From an uncultured Planctomycetia bacterium (lineage in GTDB: Bacteria > Planctomycetota > UBA8108 > UBA1146), in the NCBI GenBank assembly GCA_964605665.1, contig CAZSDP010000013.1, positions 49,331-113,330 of the forward strand: a DNA stretch of 64,000 bases, written 5' to 3'. Each line of letters begins with the position of its first letter. Within the stretch, counting starts at the first letter, position 1. Below are positions 30,009 through 39,210 of the stretch, piece by piece. The notes beneath the pieces were generated by a model. That model worked only from the letters and a program-made list of their open reading frames with translations. It did no database searches and was not told the origin of the DNA. Position numbers and translations under genes: made by a program.

Positions 30009-31685
30009 GTGGAATCAACGTGTGTACTGAGCTGGAAAATCAACGGTAAGCTGGTACGCCATTCCATCGATGGAGGCTCCGCAGTTCTCGGCCGTGACTC
30101 TAAATGCGAGATTCGGATCAATCTAGAAACGATCTCTCGACGCCACGCCCTGTTTCGTTATGAAGCAGGCGGGTGGTATGTGAGTGATCTGGGTTCGAGA
30201 AATCTCGTCTATGTGAATGGAGTCCAGGTTGATAAACACTCCCTGGAGGACGGGGACCGAATCCTCGTCGGTGAAGTTGAGCTCTTCTGTGGCCTGACTC
30301 GTGGAGCACCTTCGAACGCCGAAATCGTCCTCTCGGAGGCTCACCCCGAAGAGAGCATTGCGCGATCGATTCGTATGGACGATCTCGCGGCGAGCCTGAG
30401 TGAGGACTCTCGGGGTCTTCCCATCTCTATGCATGCCAGCCAAGCAACTTCAGTTGAAGATCTCCAAGAAAGCTCGATCAGCCTGCCGATCGGGATGCCA
30501 CTCCTCGAGCTGTTCCAAACCGCGTCTGAGACTCTTCTTTCTGGAAGAGATCTTGATTCGATGCTCGACCGAGTTCTCGAATTGATGTTTCGATCACTTC
30601 CGAAGATCGAGAGAGGGCTGGTCTGTCTCCTTGAAGGCGATGAACTGGTCGCTCGGGCTCATCGGTCACCGATCGGTGCTCAAAGTGTTCACAAGGTCAA
30701 TTTATCGCGAAGCGTCGCTGACTCCGCCATCAAAGAACGCGAAGCGGTATTGGTCCAAGACGCACGACTCGATGAGAGGTTCAACACTGCTGAGAGCATC
30801 GTCGCCCTACGAATTCGCTCTGCGATGTGCGCTCCATTGACTCATGGCGATGAGATCTTGGGAATTGTCTATGTCGATTCGACACTTCCCGGACAGGCAT
30901 TTTCTGAGGACGATCTCGCACTCCTCTCGACTTTGAGCATGCTGAGTGCCGTCGCGGTTGAGCAAGCGCGCCTTCGCGAAGAGATGGAATGGGAGAAAGA
31001 ACTTCGCGGTGACCTCAGCAAGTTCCTCCCCCCCCAACTGGTCGATCAGCTCGTCGAAGGTGAAGTCAGTGCTGCGGAGGCGATGAAGACTCGTGAAGCA
31101 GAGATCACGGTTTTCTTTGCAGATATGGTTGGATTCACTCGGCTCTCTGAGCAACTCTCCGCAACCGAGATCACTGCCTTACTGAATGAAATCTTCGCGC
31201 AGTTAACGGAAGTGATCTTCCAACATGGTGGGACGATTGACAAATACAACGGAGATGAGATCGTCGCGTTTTTCGGAGCTCCAAAGGAGCAACCCGACCA
31301 TGCGATTCGCGCAGTGAGAGCTTGCCTTGGTATGCAAAAATCTATCGAAGCTTTCAATGAGAACCCTTCACACGATCGCCCGAAATTAGAAATGCGAATC
31401 GGAGTCAATACTGGTTTCGCGACTGTGGGAGGGATTGGACATCCGAAGCGCCTCGACTACTCGGTAATCGGGGATGTGGTCAATACGGCAAAGCGTCTTG
31501 AGTCGACGATCTGTCCTCCGGGCGAAGTCGTCGTCGGCACAGCAACTCGCACCGCGCTCTCCGAGTCATTTGTTTGTGAAGAGCTCGAGCCCGTGCCACT
31601 CAAAGGTAAGGCGGAAAAAGTCACCCCATGGCGAGTACTCACAGAGGTCACCGCGCAAGAATCTGCTGAGGAAGATCAACGCTGA
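30009..31685 (+). CDS. FHA-GAF-class III adenylate cyclase
   Basis: FHA (LGRD..ISRRHA..DLGSRN.VYVNG), GAF (SIVALRIRSAMCAPL..GIVYVDS), cyclase (FFADMVGFT, IDKYNGD, LDYSVIGDVVNTAKRLES). Lys/Asp pair indicates ATP specificity. Confidence 0.9.
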   Translation: MESTCVLSWKINGKLVRHSIDGGSAVLGRDSKCEIRINLETISRRHALFRYEAGGWYVSDLGSRNLVYVNGVQVDKHSLEDGDRILVGEVELFCGLTRGAPSNAEIVLSEAHPEESIARSIRMDDLAASLSEDSRGLPISMHASQATSVEDLQESSISLPIGMPLLELFQTASETLLSGRDLDSMLDRVLELMFRSLPKIERGLVCLLEGDELVARAHRSPIGAQSVHKVNLSRSVADSAIKEREAVLVQDARLDERFNTAESIVALRIRSAMCAPLTHGDEILGIVYVDSTLPGQAFSEDDLALLSTLSMLSAVAVEQARLREEMEWEKELRGDLSKFLPPQLVDQLVEGEVSAAEAMKTREAEITVFFADMVGFTRLSEQLSATEITALLNEIFAQLTEVIFQHGGTIDKYNGDEIVAFFGAPKEQPDHAIRAVRACLGMQKSIEAFNENPSHDRPKLEMRIGVNTGFATVGGIGHPKRLDYSVIGDVVNTAKRLESTICPPGEVVVGTATRTALSESFVCEELEPVPLKGKAEKVTPWRVLTEVTAQESAEEDQR

Positions 31686-31715
31686 ATTTGTCAGGACCGT
31701 GGAGACAATGAGGCG

Positions 31716-33209
31716 TCATTGAAGTCCTTGAACCACCAGTTCGAGAATCCCATCCCCATCGAGATCTGCTGGTAACGCGACGTGGGCTTGGAAAGAAGTC
31801 CCCTTGGGACGCTGGCCTGCCGCTTCGAATCCAAAGTCCTTCAAGCCAGAGTCATTCGTCGCGAGAATTTGAATCAGGTCGATCGCACCATCCCCATCGA
31901 TATCTCGCAGAGGTCGAAGTCCTGGGTCAGCGCCAACGCGCCACCCCTCCGAAGGGACTTCACTTTGATCCCAGGGGAGAAGAGGAAGACCTTCTGGAGA
32001 GAACCGCAAAGGTCTCAATGGTCGCTCTCCCACTCTCTGACCGAGGAGGCCGGGAACCCGAAAACCCTCTGCGTCTTCTTTCCCCGGCAATATCTCTAGG
32101 GGATGCTCGGGAGAAACCAAACCGATAGCAGGCCCCTGCGCTTCCTCGAGCAGTGCCGATTCACCAAAGTGATAGACAGAGAGACCGCTTCCCAAAGGGG
32201 ACACTCTCTCCGGATCGGATGAGGTCGGCCAAACGATGATCTCGTCCCGACCATCGCCATCAACATCGGCGACATCCCAAGCCGTGATTCCCAGCGGAGC
32301 CACCCGACGCAATGCTGGAGCAACCGGATGGGGAACTCCCTGATCGTCGACGGAGCAGATCCAAAGATCGGAGTCTGCTCGCCGTCCACCACCATAAAGG
32401 CTGTGGACTCCTGCGGCATCCGCAGCAGTGAGCTGGGCTAGCTTCGCAGGATGATCTCCACCGGGATAGAGCGCGGACATCACCGACTGAGTCGCTTTAC
32501 CGTGTCCTAGTCCAAGAAGATGTCCCATCTCATGGAGCAACACTGTGCTGAGTTCAACGATTTTAGGTCGCCGAAGCGCAACCCCCTGCGGCGAATGCGA
32601 GCCCTCCTTCGATCCCGCTGAACCTTGAGCAACTGTCCATTCCAAATCCGCATTCAAATGGATGAAGCCGGTCCCTTCCCAGCTGGGGTCGGTCGCATGA
32701 GCGACCCCACCGTCCCAACCGAGAAAGGGAGAGCAATCATCATGTCGACCTCGTCGCCAAGAGATCACGAAGTCCGGTTCGACTCCGTCCTCAGCCTCTC
32801 GAAACTGCACCACTCCGGTTCGTGCCCACTGGGCTCCCATCGCCTCAATCGTCTCGCGCACCTGGCTCTCGGGAAGTTTCTCACCTTCCGGCTCGTAGCT
32901 CCAAGTCAACCGCGATCCACCAGCAGCCCTTCGTCCGCGAACCTCAAAGGGTGGAAACCAAGGTCCGCGATTCGGCCATGAGGAGAGTTCTTGATCGCCA
33001 GGAGACCCGAGCACGAAATCGAGCAGAGCGTCGTGCTCAGGCTCCGCTCCGCTCTGCTCCTTCTTCGAATCGGAATCTGAGCCGGCATTCGGCCCACAGC
33101 CACCACTTAGAACAACGGTGCACAGAAGGAGGAGCACCCAGAACCCGCTCTGCAGGCAGCTGACTCGGTGAGCGGAGTTGTCAGTCAGAATCAAGGCGAA
33201 CCCGTGCAT
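31716..33209 (-). CDS. Matrixin (M10) metalloprotease lipoprotein with FG-GAP-like repeats
   Basis: HEMGHLLGLGH zinc motif, Met-turn SVMSALY, structural Zn H-D-H-H (HDDCSPF..GVAHA..IHLN), DVDGDGRDE/DIDGDGAID/DLDGDGILE repeats, lipobox LSGGC. Start uncertain (33209-33344). Confidence 0.85.
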   Translation of the reverse strand: MHGFALILTDNSAHRVSCLQSGFWVLLLLCTVVLSGGCGPNAGSDSDSKKEQSGAEPEHDALLDFVLGSPGDQELSSWPNRGPWFPPFEVRGRRAAGGSRLTWSYEPEGEKLPESQVRETIEAMGAQWARTGVVQFREAEDGVEPDFVISWRRGRHDDCSPFLGWDGGVAHATDPSWEGTGFIHLNADLEWTVAQGSAGSKEGSHSPQGVALRRPKIVELSTVLLHEMGHLLGLGHGKATQSVMSALYPGGDHPAKLAQLTAADAAGVHSLYGGGRRADSDLWICSVDDQGVPHPVAPALRRVAPLGITAWDVADVDGDGRDEIIVWPTSSDPERVSPLGSGLSVYHFGESALLEEAQGPAIGLVSPEHPLEILPGKEDAEGFRVPGLLGQRVGERPLRPLRFSPEGLPLLPWDQSEVPSEGWRVGADPGLRPLRDIDGDGAIDLIQILATNDSGLKDFGFEAAGQRPKGTSFQAHVALPADLDGDGILELVVQGLQ

Positions 33210-33392
33210 CTCACCCCTGATCTTCAACAGCAGTCTTCTGATGCAGCTTGACCAGGCCCGACGAAAGGACCCCTGATCGAGCGCGAAGGGCACAGAGAAA
33301 CCGATTCTCGAGTCGGGCACAAGATGTGAAAGCGCCCTGACCAACTCACAGCTGGCCAGGGCACGTTGAAATCAATGAGGGATCAGCACGCT

Positions 33393-34541
33393 TTAAAGAT
33401 CTTGGAGGAACATCAGCAATGCTTGTTGATCGGCAGTAAAGAGGGCCTGGTAGGCCATTCTCGAGTTGAGCGCTTCGTCATCGTGGATCAAGATCGCGTC
33501 CTCGAGAGTTGTTGCCCGACCATCGTGAAGATATGGCGCGGTATTTCGGATGCCCCAAAGCGGGGGAGTCCGATACATGCCAGATGGAGCGTCCGGTTCC
33601 TCCATCCCCCGGAATGAATCGGGATAGATGTCGTGAAGAAGCAGATCGGAGTAAAGAGGCACGGGGCCCTGAGATCCGGTGAGGCTTGGAATGTGACACG
33701 TCGCACAGCCGATCGAGTTGAAGAGGGCTTCACCTGTCGCGATCGCTGGGTCAGTACCTCCAACACGTGGCGGATAAGCCAAGTTCTCCAGGTAGAAGGT
33801 CAGGTCTTCGAGATCACCGGCGGAGACTTCTGGATCGAGCACTCCATCGGAATCGGAGAGCAACCCAAAACCTCTGCCGTTGTCGCTGACGGTCAGCCCA
33901 ATCTCCCCGCTGAGAGCATCGTGAGAAAAGTCATCAACTGTCGGAACCTGAGCCTTCCAACCGAACTTTCCAACTTCCATCACCCCCCCGACATTGAGGA
34001 GGCGCGCCACACCGCGAACCCCGTCACCATCGGTATCGAACGGGTCTTCATTCGCGAGGATCGTCGCATCGGAAATCGTCTGGATCAGGCCGATACCCAA
34101 GGCTGACGGAGTCTGCCGCTGCTCAAAAACATCGGCAGTGGGGTCAGCTTCTTCTCGTCGGGGAGAATCCATACGACGGAGCTTACTGGCGACCTGTCCC
34201 CCGGGGAGATTCAGGAATGGCCCATTCCCGTTGTTGTCATTCGCAAAGCGGAAGACGTTCACGTCGAGTCCACCCGCCGCTCCGATGACCGGCTTCTGGT
34301 GACAGCTACGGCAAGAATCCGCGTTCAAGTCGGGTGTACCCAACCCTTGGGAGAGTCGCCAATCTCGATCGAACACCTTACGGCCTCGGATCCATTGGTC
34401 GAGATCCGCCCCAGTCAACGGTACCGGCGGTCCCCCTTCAGTTCCTGCGGGGGGCACTGGTGTCGTATCGTCGATGATCTCGGCATGAAGTGCCGTCACG
34501 ACCAAACTGAGGAACACTAAACTCAGAATCGAATTCTTCAT
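33393..34541 (-). CDS. Di-heme oxidoreductase family protein (DUF1111, bCcP/MauG-like), secreted
   Basis: Two CxxCH motifs (CRSCH, CATCH), GKFGWKA, LYSDLLLHD, YRTPPLWG..PYLHDGRATTLEDAILIH; signal peptide; TAATG coupling to the upstream paralog. Confidence 0.9.
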   Translation of the reverse strand: MKNSILSLVFLSLVVTALHAEIIDDTTPVPPAGTEGGPPVPLTGADLDQWIRGRKVFDRDWRLSQGLGTPDLNADSCRSCHQKPVIGAAGGLDVNVFRFANDNNGNGPFLNLPGGQVASKLRRMDSPRREEADPTADVFEQRQTPSALGIGLIQTISDATILANEDPFDTDGDGVRGVARLLNVGGVMEVGKFGWKAQVPTVDDFSHDALSGEIGLTVSDNGRGFGLLSDSDGVLDPEVSAGDLEDLTFYLENLAYPPRVGGTDPAIATGEALFNSIGCATCHIPSLTGSQGPVPLYSDLLLHDIYPDSFRGMEEPDAPSGMYRTPPLWGIRNTAPYLHDGRATTLEDAILIHDDEALNSRMAYQALFTADQQALLMFLQDL

Positions 34542-36016
34542 TAGAGTGCCTCCAAAAACTGAATAACTAAGTCTTGTTCAGCAGCGCTCAAGTTGGAGTA
34601 GGCATCTCTGATCGCCTGCGCTTCTCCACCATGTAACAGAATCGCTTCGTGCATCGATCCCGCACGTCCGTCGTGCAACCAGGGCCCATGGAATCGCACT
34701 CCCCAAAGGGGTTGAGTGCGAAACTCGCTGGCGGTCGAATCGAGAGGATCGATCGTTGAGAACTGCGGAGCCCCCATCGAGATCCCATCTGCGAGTATCG
34801 GTCCCATATCGTGGAGCAAAAGGTCAGTGTAAGCCTCGAGGTTGCCCACCGCTGAAGGAAGCGTCGGCAAGTGACACGCGACACAATTCAAGCTGTTGAA
34901 GAGTGCTTCACCCTGCTGCTCCTCTGAATTGAACGGCTTGCGAGGCGGCGGAGCGACGAACTTGTTGAAAACGAGGACGTCGGCAAAGTCAGAAGGGCTA
35001 AACTCGGGATCAGGAGTTCCATCATTGTCGAATGTTGCGGCGTCGAATCCCGCTCCTACCTGGAATTTGTAGCTGACGATTCCATCGCTTCCAAAGACCG
35101 GCACCGTCGTGATCCCCATCTGGTTGAACGCTGCGCCGCGGATAAACGCCTCAAGGAAATTCGCCTGCAACTTGTATCCGAAACGACCGAAGTTTCCGAA
35201 GCCGTCGGTATTGTAACGACCGCTGATTCCATCCCCATTCGAGTCATTCGGGTCGGAGTTCCCGATGATCGTCGTATTGCTGACAAACTCGAAGAGTCCA
35301 ACCCCAAAGAATGGTGGAGCATTTCGATGTGCGGGGTAGACCGGTTGTCCGAGTGCTTGAATCGAACCGGAGACCGGGATCGAGGGTCGATTGCCGTCGA
35401 TCTCGCCGTAGCTCGGCATCACCAAGCTCGGGACTCCCGCGACATGGGTTTGATTGGGAGGGTCACCGACCCCAACCAAGAAGAAGTTCCTGTATACGGG
35501 AGCAGAACCACCGATGGTGGGATGACTGTGGCACGCTTCGCAGCTTCCCGCATTGAAGAGAGGTCCCAACCCCTCTTCTGGCGTGAAGACCTTGGCCATC
35601 AACTCGCGGCCGTTCAAGAAGGAGCTGAACTCGTCTGCGTTCAAGCCAGGAATCGCGTCACCCACATTACACGGGGCGTGTGCGTCGCAATCGAGACTGT
35701 CAGAGGTTGGATCGGGCCCACAGACTCCAAAGGGAGCACCGGGAGGTGGCCCTCCAGAAAACAAGAAGCCGAAGAGATAAATGGGGTCCGCAAGGTTGGT
35801 CGTGCCATCGTCATTGGTGTCCATCGCATCCACGCAATAGACGACCTCGCCGAGGAACAAGACCTCAAGAGACGCGACACCATCGGCAATATTGACGATG
35901 TTGTCGGTATTCACGTCTCCGCGAATAAAGTCACGCCCTTCGACAGCTCCCATTCCAAAAATGAGCACTGCGAAAAAACAGACTACCCAGCAACTCATGG
36001 TGGGTCGTAGTTTCAT
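34541..36016 (-). CDS. Dockerin + di-heme oxidoreductase family protein (DUF1111), secreted
   Basis: Signal peptide, dockerin FIRGDVNTDNIVNIAD..CVDAMDTNDDGTTNLAD, CEACH and CVACH, GRFGYK, YTDLLLHD, FRTQPLWG..PWLHDGRA. Start 36016 (the ORF extends to 36076). Confidence 0.88.
   Translation of the reverse strand: MKLRPTMSCWVVCFFAVLIFGMGAVEGRDFIRGDVNTDNIVNIADGVASLEVLFLGEVVYCVDAMDTNDDGTTNLADPIYLFGFLFSGGPPPGAPFGVCGPDPTSDSLDCDAHAPCNVGDAIPGLNADEFSSFLNGRELMAKVFTPEEGLGPLFNAGSCEACHSHPTIGGSAPVYRNFFLVGVGDPPNQTHVAGVPSLVMPSYGEIDGNRPSIPVSGSIQALGQPVYPAHRNAPPFFGVGLFEFVSNTTIIGNSDPNDSNGDGISGRYNTDGFGNFGRFGYKLQANFLEAFIRGAAFNQMGITTVPVFGSDGIVSYKFQVGAGFDAATFDNDGTPDPEFSPSDFADVLVFNKFVAPPPRKPFNSEEQQGEALFNSLNCVACHLPTLPSAVGNLEAYTDLLLHDMGPILADGISMGAPQFSTIDPLDSTASEFRTQPLWGVRFHGPWLHDGRAGSMHEAILLHGGEAQAIRDAYSNLSAAEQDLVIQFLEAL
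35669..35929 (-). repeat. Dockerin-type repeat 1 (4-Cys variant)
   Basis: FIRGDVNTDNIVNIAD..LF..CVDAMDTNDDGTTNLADPI..LFSGGPPP..CGPDP..LDC..C. Confidence 0.8.
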
Positions 36017-36568
36017 TCTAGGCCTTCCGCACGTGTCATCTCTGCTCGATTCGCTTTGCACAAATCGCTGGCTCACCCATCAATGATCACGCGAAATTCG
36101 AGAATTCCTCAACGACTTCTGCGGAAAGTACCGGCGGGATGGCTGAGCAGGTCTTCCCTTCCCAGCCTTTGGACTTTTCCAGAAGGTAAATCCGTCTACG
36201 AACGCTTCGTGCGTTGAGAGAAGCCCGAGCGCAGTCAGAAATCAGAGAACCTAAATCAGAGAATCAAGAAGTCTCTTTCTCTCGCTATCTCAAGCCCCCC
36301 ACCTGTCTAATTTTACCGGAACGAAGGCTCTCCGTGAACCTAACGATCAAAACTCGCCTCTTCATGCCGAGGAGAACGTTCTCAGCGAGTAAAAGTTGCC
36401 GGACTCGATTTCCGAGTCCGACACTCTCTTTCCGAAGACCGCACTCTTTCGGAGAGGTGCAACTCCGGAGAATCCCCCACAAGCCATTACTAACAAAGGA
36501 CTTGTGCGATCAAGAAGACGCCGGCCTCTCCCTTGCCTTATTCACAAGGCGACTGGAAGGAGTCCTCA

Positions 36569-37603
36569 GTGAATCCCCTGTTCAGCATTTTTCTTTCGAT
36601 CGGTGCCCTCGCCATCGCGGCTGCCTACCCCTATCTCATCCGCCATCATCGCGTGCAAAGAGCCTTTCGGTCTCTGTTCCCAGGAGGAGAAAAAGCGCAT
36701 CACCACCGTGGATTCGCCGCGATTTCCCCTTCCGAGCTGAATCAACCGAAGGACTGGATGATCCGCCGAAACATCGTTGAGGGGGCGATCCTCACCGCTT
36801 TCGTCGCACTCCTGCTGTTCGTGGCAGGAAACTCCGATGGCGCCTCCGGTCATCTCTCCACGCCGCTCGCTGCGCTCCTCGGAGTCAGCGGAGCCATCCT
36901 CGCCCGCCATCTCTGGATCACCCATGAGCAGTTGAATGAAGTGCGACGCTGCACGGAGAGTATGCGCCAAGGAGGCTTCGAAGGATCATGGCGAGGGAAC
37001 TCCGAAGATCCGGTTCCCTTCCGACAGTCGCTTCTCTTCGCCTTGCAGGAAGCGACAAATCTAGAAGTGGTCGCGCCGAGTGGACTCGAAGCACTTTCGA
37101 TTCTCTCGCATCCCGCACGTGCTGTGTTTGAGGCACCACATCCCGCGCTTGCCGGAAAACGTTTGCGGCTGATCGTGCTCCCACCCCGCAGTCAAAAAAC
37201 CGACCCACAAAAGACGATTCGCAGCTGCGCTGAAGAAGCGATCAGTCGAGCGGGTTCTACTCCAGAGAAACACTGGCGACGCCTGCAAAATGCTCTGGAA
37301 ATTCAACGACGTTGGAATAGCGACTACGGCTGTCAGATCGAGGTCCGTTTCTTGGAGGGGCGTCCAATTCACGCACTCTTTCTCGCGGGAGTACGCGGCT
37401 GGTTCCGCCCTTGGTTTGGATCACGACACCAGTGGTATGAAGTCGCCTCCCGCGGTGCGGGAAACGACCTTCGCACCTCGATCGAAGACTTCTTCGAAAG
37501 TTCTTGGCAAGAAGCGAGTGAAGAACTGTCCGTCTTTCTCCGTAAGGATGGGAGATCTGCCGTGATGTCGACGAGCGGATCGGACGGTATTCACAAAGTC
37601 TAA
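36569..37603 (+). CDS. Membrane protein (3 TM) with C-terminal degenerate PLD-like domain (DUF5919-like)
   Basis: GTG with GGAAGGAG RBS; three hydrophobic helices; pattern LEVV..GL / LRLIVLPP / IEVRFL / FFESSWQEA resembles DUF5919/TrmB-type PLD fold without HKD. The domain call is tentative. Confidence 0.55.
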   Translation: MNPLFSIFLSIGALAIAAAYPYLIRHHRVQRAFRSLFPGGEKAHHHRGFAAISPSELNQPKDWMIRRNIVEGAILTAFVALLLFVAGNSDGASGHLSTPLAALLGVSGAILARHLWITHEQLNEVRRCTESMRQGGFEGSWRGNSEDPVPFRQSLLFALQEATNLEVVAPSGLEALSILSHPARAVFEAPHPALAGKRLRLIVLPPRSQKTDPQKTIRSCAEEAISRAGSTPEKHWRRLQNALEIQRRWNSDYGCQIEVRFLEGRPIHALFLAGVRGWFRPWFGSRHQWYEVASRGAGNDLRTSIEDFFESSWQEASEELSVFLRKDGRSAVMSTSGSDGIHKV

Positions 37604-37716
37604 CCAGGAAGTTGTGGCAACCGTTCTTTCAGAGTAGACGCCGTCTCCCTGGATTGTCGGTCGGAGGTGGCTCGCTCCGGATAATCGTCTTTGCGCTCCG
37701 CCTTCGCAGCTTGAGC

Positions 37717-38499
37717 TCAGCCCTTCACGCCGGTGATGATCGCGATGGCGAGGAGAGCAGCAACCACCGCGATCGCTCGCCGGGCCCACCGCTCCCCACC
37801 GCGCAGAGTGAGCTTTGCCCCGATCATTCCTCCCACAACATATGTCGGAAGAAGGGCGAGCATCACCTCGAAGTCCACCTGACCACGGACGAGATAAACC
37901 AATCCGGCCGCAGCAGAGAGCGCGAAGACCATCCACACCTTGACTTCCACCATCTGCACCAGCGGAAGCCTCAACAGGGATGGCAAGTAGAGGAGCATCA
38001 GCACCCCGATTCCCGCCCCGACGAAACCGCCGTAGACTCCGAAGAGGAAGGTCATCACCAATCCGACCGGTGGAAGCGCTCGACCGGCAGTGGCGCCACT
38101 CGAGTCTTCGCCACCAGTCGAACTCGATTCACTCCCAGCGCGCGTGGGAGCAAAAAAGAGAATGACCCCTGCGAGTAAAATCCAGCCGAGCAATTTCTCA
38201 AAGAGTGCCGGATCGAGAATCGAGGCGAGAATTGCCCCCGGAATCGCTCCCAGCACCGCCAGGATGACGGGCACCATCGTCGTTCGACGAGTCGCTCCAG
38301 TTTTTCCACGAAATGTCCTCGCCGCAGCTCCAGCTTGGAACGCGACACACAACCGGTTCGTACCATTGGCAATCAGAGGATCAAAGTTCAAGTAGATCAG
38401 CAGGGGCAAGACGATGGAGGTTCCACCTCCCACGAGTGTATTGACAATTCCCGCGACTAGTCCGGTGCCCGCGATCGCAAGCCACTCGTATAACTCCAA
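37717..38499 (-). CDS. Sulfite exporter TauE/SafE family membrane protein
   Basis: AGIVNTLVGGG, ANGTN, GVYGGFVGAGIG, GGMIGAKL; about 8 TM helices. Confidence 0.88.
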   Translation of the reverse strand: MELYEWLAIAGTGLVAGIVNTLVGGGTSIVLPLLIYLNFDPLIANGTNRLCVAFQAGAAARTFRGKTGATRRTTMVPVILAVLGAIPGAILASILDPALFEKLLGWILLAGVILFFAPTRAGSESSSTGGEDSSGATAGRALPPVGLVMTFLFGVYGGFVGAGIGVLMLLYLPSLLRLPLVQMVEVKVWMVFALSAAAGLVYLVRGQVDFEVMLALLPTYVVGGMIGAKLTLRGGERWARRAIAVVAALLAIAIITGVKG

Positions 38500-38679
38500 C
38501 GGTGTTGTCCCTTCTGAACTCGCTTGAGATCCCCTATTCAGGGAGAATCACCACCCACGACTCTGGGAGGATACCGAGGTCGGGTACGAATTCCCTGGAT
38601 AGTTCTGTCTCTGAGGTCTAGATGTCCGCTCTGGAGAGAAGTTTGGCGACTGCCCTGACGTCAGCTCGGGAAGGAGACC

Positions 38680-39210
38680 ATGAATTCTCGGCTCATTCTC
38701 GAAGTGGGTGACCTGACCGATTACGCCGTGGATGCGATCGTGAATGCAGCTCATGAGAGCCTGTTGGGGGGTGGAGGCGTGGACGGCGCCATCCACGCCG
38801 CTGCCGGCCCCGAGCTCCTCGAGGCGTGCCGACCACTCGGTGGCTGCGAGCCAGGTGAGGCAAAGATGACCCCTGGATTTGAATTGCCCGCTCGAAACGT
38901 GATTCACACCGTAGGGCCTCGCTGGAGTGGTGGTCTCTCCGGAGAGGATGAGATTCTCGCGTCTTGCTACCGATGCTCACTCACCCTCGCCTGTGCAAAC
39001 CAATTGAACACGGTCGCATTCCCTGCCATCGGTACGGGTGTCTTTCGATTTCCACCCGAGCGGGCTGCGAAGATCTCCTTGAGTACCGTTGTCGATTTTC
39101 TCGACTCCGGAGCTGGAAAGTCGCTCGATCGGGTCATCATGGTCTACTTCCGAGACGAAACCCGAATGCTGGCTGAGAAGATCTTGGCCCAGGTTGGAAC
39201 TGCACGATGA
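38680..39210 (+). CDS. Macro domain protein (YmdB-like O-acetyl-ADP-ribose deacetylase)
   Basis: GDLT..VDAIVNAAH..LLGGGGVDGAIH, VIHTVGP, AFPAIGTGVFRFP. Confidence 0.9.
   Translation: MNSRLILEVGDLTDYAVDAIVNAAHESLLGGGGVDGAIHAAAGPELLEACRPLGGCEPGEAKMTPGFELPARNVIHTVGPRWSGGLSGEDEILASCYRCSLTLACANQLNTVAFPAIGTGVFRFPPERAAKISLSTVVDFLDSGAGKSLDRVIMVYFRDETRMLAEKILAQVGTAR

Noticed and set aside
35327-36010. 227-aa plus-strand ORF
   Set aside because: Antisense shadow of the dockerin/di-heme gene; no independent motif.
36214-36780. 188-aa plus-strand ORF
   Set aside because: Arg/Ser/Pro-rich and overlaps the better-supported membrane protein starting at 36569.
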